A stretch of DNA of 64,000 bases from positions 3,744,001-3,808,000 of the forward strand of contig OZ245002.1 of the NCBI GenBank assembly GCA_965223415.1. Reading direction: 5' to 3'. This stretch comes from Myxococcota bacterium (GTDB taxonomy: Bacteria > Myxococcota_A > UBA9160 > UBA6930). Shown one piece after another: positions 62,987 through 64,000 of this stretch. The notes below the pieces were generated by a model. The model saw nothing but the letters and a program-made list of their open reading frames with translations, did no database searches and was not told the DNA's origin. Both the position numbers and the translations under genes were made by a program. Position 1 is the first letter of the stretch. Each line of letters opens with the position of its first letter.

Positions 62987-64000
62987 TCAGCCGCCGATCG
63001 GGACCCGCCGAAGGCGAAGCGCGTTGGTGATCACCGAGACCGACGAGAGGCTCATGGCCGCCGCGGCGAGCATCGGCGAGAGCAGCCAGCCCAGGGCCGG
63101 GTGGAGGGCGCCGGCGGCGATCGGGATGGCGAGCGCGTTGTAGCCGAAGGCGAGCACCAGGTTCTGGCGCAGGTTGCGGGCGGTCGCGCGGGCCAGGTGC
63201 AGGGCGCGGGGCAGGGCGGCGAGCTCGCCGCCCACCAGCGTCACGTCGGCGGTCTCCATGGCGACGTCGGTGCCCGTTCCGAGCGCGATGCCGACGTCCG
63301 CGGCCGCCAGGGCGGGGGCGTCGTTGATGCCGTCGCCGGCGAAGGCGACGATTCGTCCCTCGCCGCGGAGGCGCTCGACCAGGTCGGCCTTGTCGTCCGG
63401 CAGGAGGCCGGCGGCGACCTCGTCCACTCCGAGCTCGGCGGCGACGGCGCGGGCCGTGGTCTCGACGTCGCCCGTGGCCATGACGATGCGGAAGCCGCGG
63501 CGGTGGAGCTCGTCGACCAGCTCGCGGGCACGGGCGCGGATCGGGTCGGCGATGGCGAGGGCGCCGGCCGGCTTGCCGTCCACGGCGACGTGCACGACGG
63601 TGCGGCCCGCCGCGCGAAGGGCCTCGGCGTTGGCTTCGTCCACGGCCACGCCCTGGCCGGCGAGGAAGGCCGCGGAGCCGAGGGCGATCGGGCGCCCCTC
63701 GACCCGCGCGGACACGCCCTGGCCCACGTGCGCCTGGAAGCTCGCGGCTTCGGAGAGGGCGAGGCCCTGCTCGCCGGCCGCGCGGACGATCGCGTCCGCC
63801 AGGGGATGCTCGCTGCCGCGCTCCAGGCTCGCGGCCAGGCGCAGGAGCTCCTTTCCGTCGCCCCGCGGCGCGGGCATCACGTCCGTCAGCTCCGGGCGGC
63901 CCTCGGTCAGCGTTCCCGTCTTGTCGATGACCAGGGTGTCGGCGTGGGCGAGGCCTTCGAGGGCGCGGGCTTCGCGGAAGAGCACGCCGGCGCCGGCGCC
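62987..64000 (-). CDS. copA: Heavy-metal (Cu+) P1B-type ATPase, 3' part; start lies beyond the window
   Basis: DKTGT, SEHP, GDGINDAP, YN and MSLSS. Confidence 0.92.
   Translation of the reverse strand, partial: GAGAGVLFREARALEGLAHADTLVIDKTGTLTEGRPELTDVMPAPRGDGKELLRLAASLERGSEHPLADAIVRAAGEQGLALSEAASFQAHVGQGVSARVEGRPIALGSAAFLAGQGVAVDEANAEALRAAGRTVVHVAVDGKPAGALAIADPIRARARELVDELHRRGFRIVMATGDVETTARAVAAELGVDEVAAGLLPDDKADLVERLRGEGRIVAFAGDGINDAPALAAADVGIALGTGTDVAMETADVTLVGGELAALPRALHLARATARNLRQNLVLAFGYNALAIPIAAGALHPALGWLLSPMLAAAAMSLSSVSVITNALRLRRVPIGG

Overview
Very GC-rich bacterial chromosomal DNA, densely coding, with about 56 CDSs. I saw no rRNA, tRNA, CRISPR array, prophage or transposase. Gene content and style suggest Myxococcota/deltaproteobacteria (inference only): mitochondrial-type EF-G, PilZ and PEP-CTERM proteins, WS/DGAT, LLM/F420 and DUF3604 proteins. 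Blocks in order: a PilZ protein; a PVC-style sugar-oxidation operon with a large heme-c/beta-propeller lipoprotein; secreted FN3/FG-GAP proteins; a translation/one-carbon cluster (infA paralog, acyltransferase, ALDH1L-like formyltransferase, CblC/QueG-like Fe-S protein, EF-G, P-loop ATPase); esterase + WS/DGAT; terB/arsC/ArsS-like radical SAM/disulfide reductase; TetR + di-iron ferritin-like module (present twice); a split MFE-2-like pair; gdhA; ABC-F; lhr; ctaA; gltA; an ArnT/GT2 cluster; yciH; an M16 peptidase pair; a hybrid histidine kinase; and a partial Cu-ATPase. The most notable non-coding signals are three. (i) A candidate ribosome-stalling attenuator, a 3-codon uORF MRL* plus an SD-sequestering stem, upstream of the ABC-F gene. 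(ii) A three-copy rod-like structured repeat with covarying stems. (iii) A REP-like family with core GGGACGTTCCTT, including a 74-bp perfect palindrome. All functional calls come from motif recognition by eye; no searches were run.
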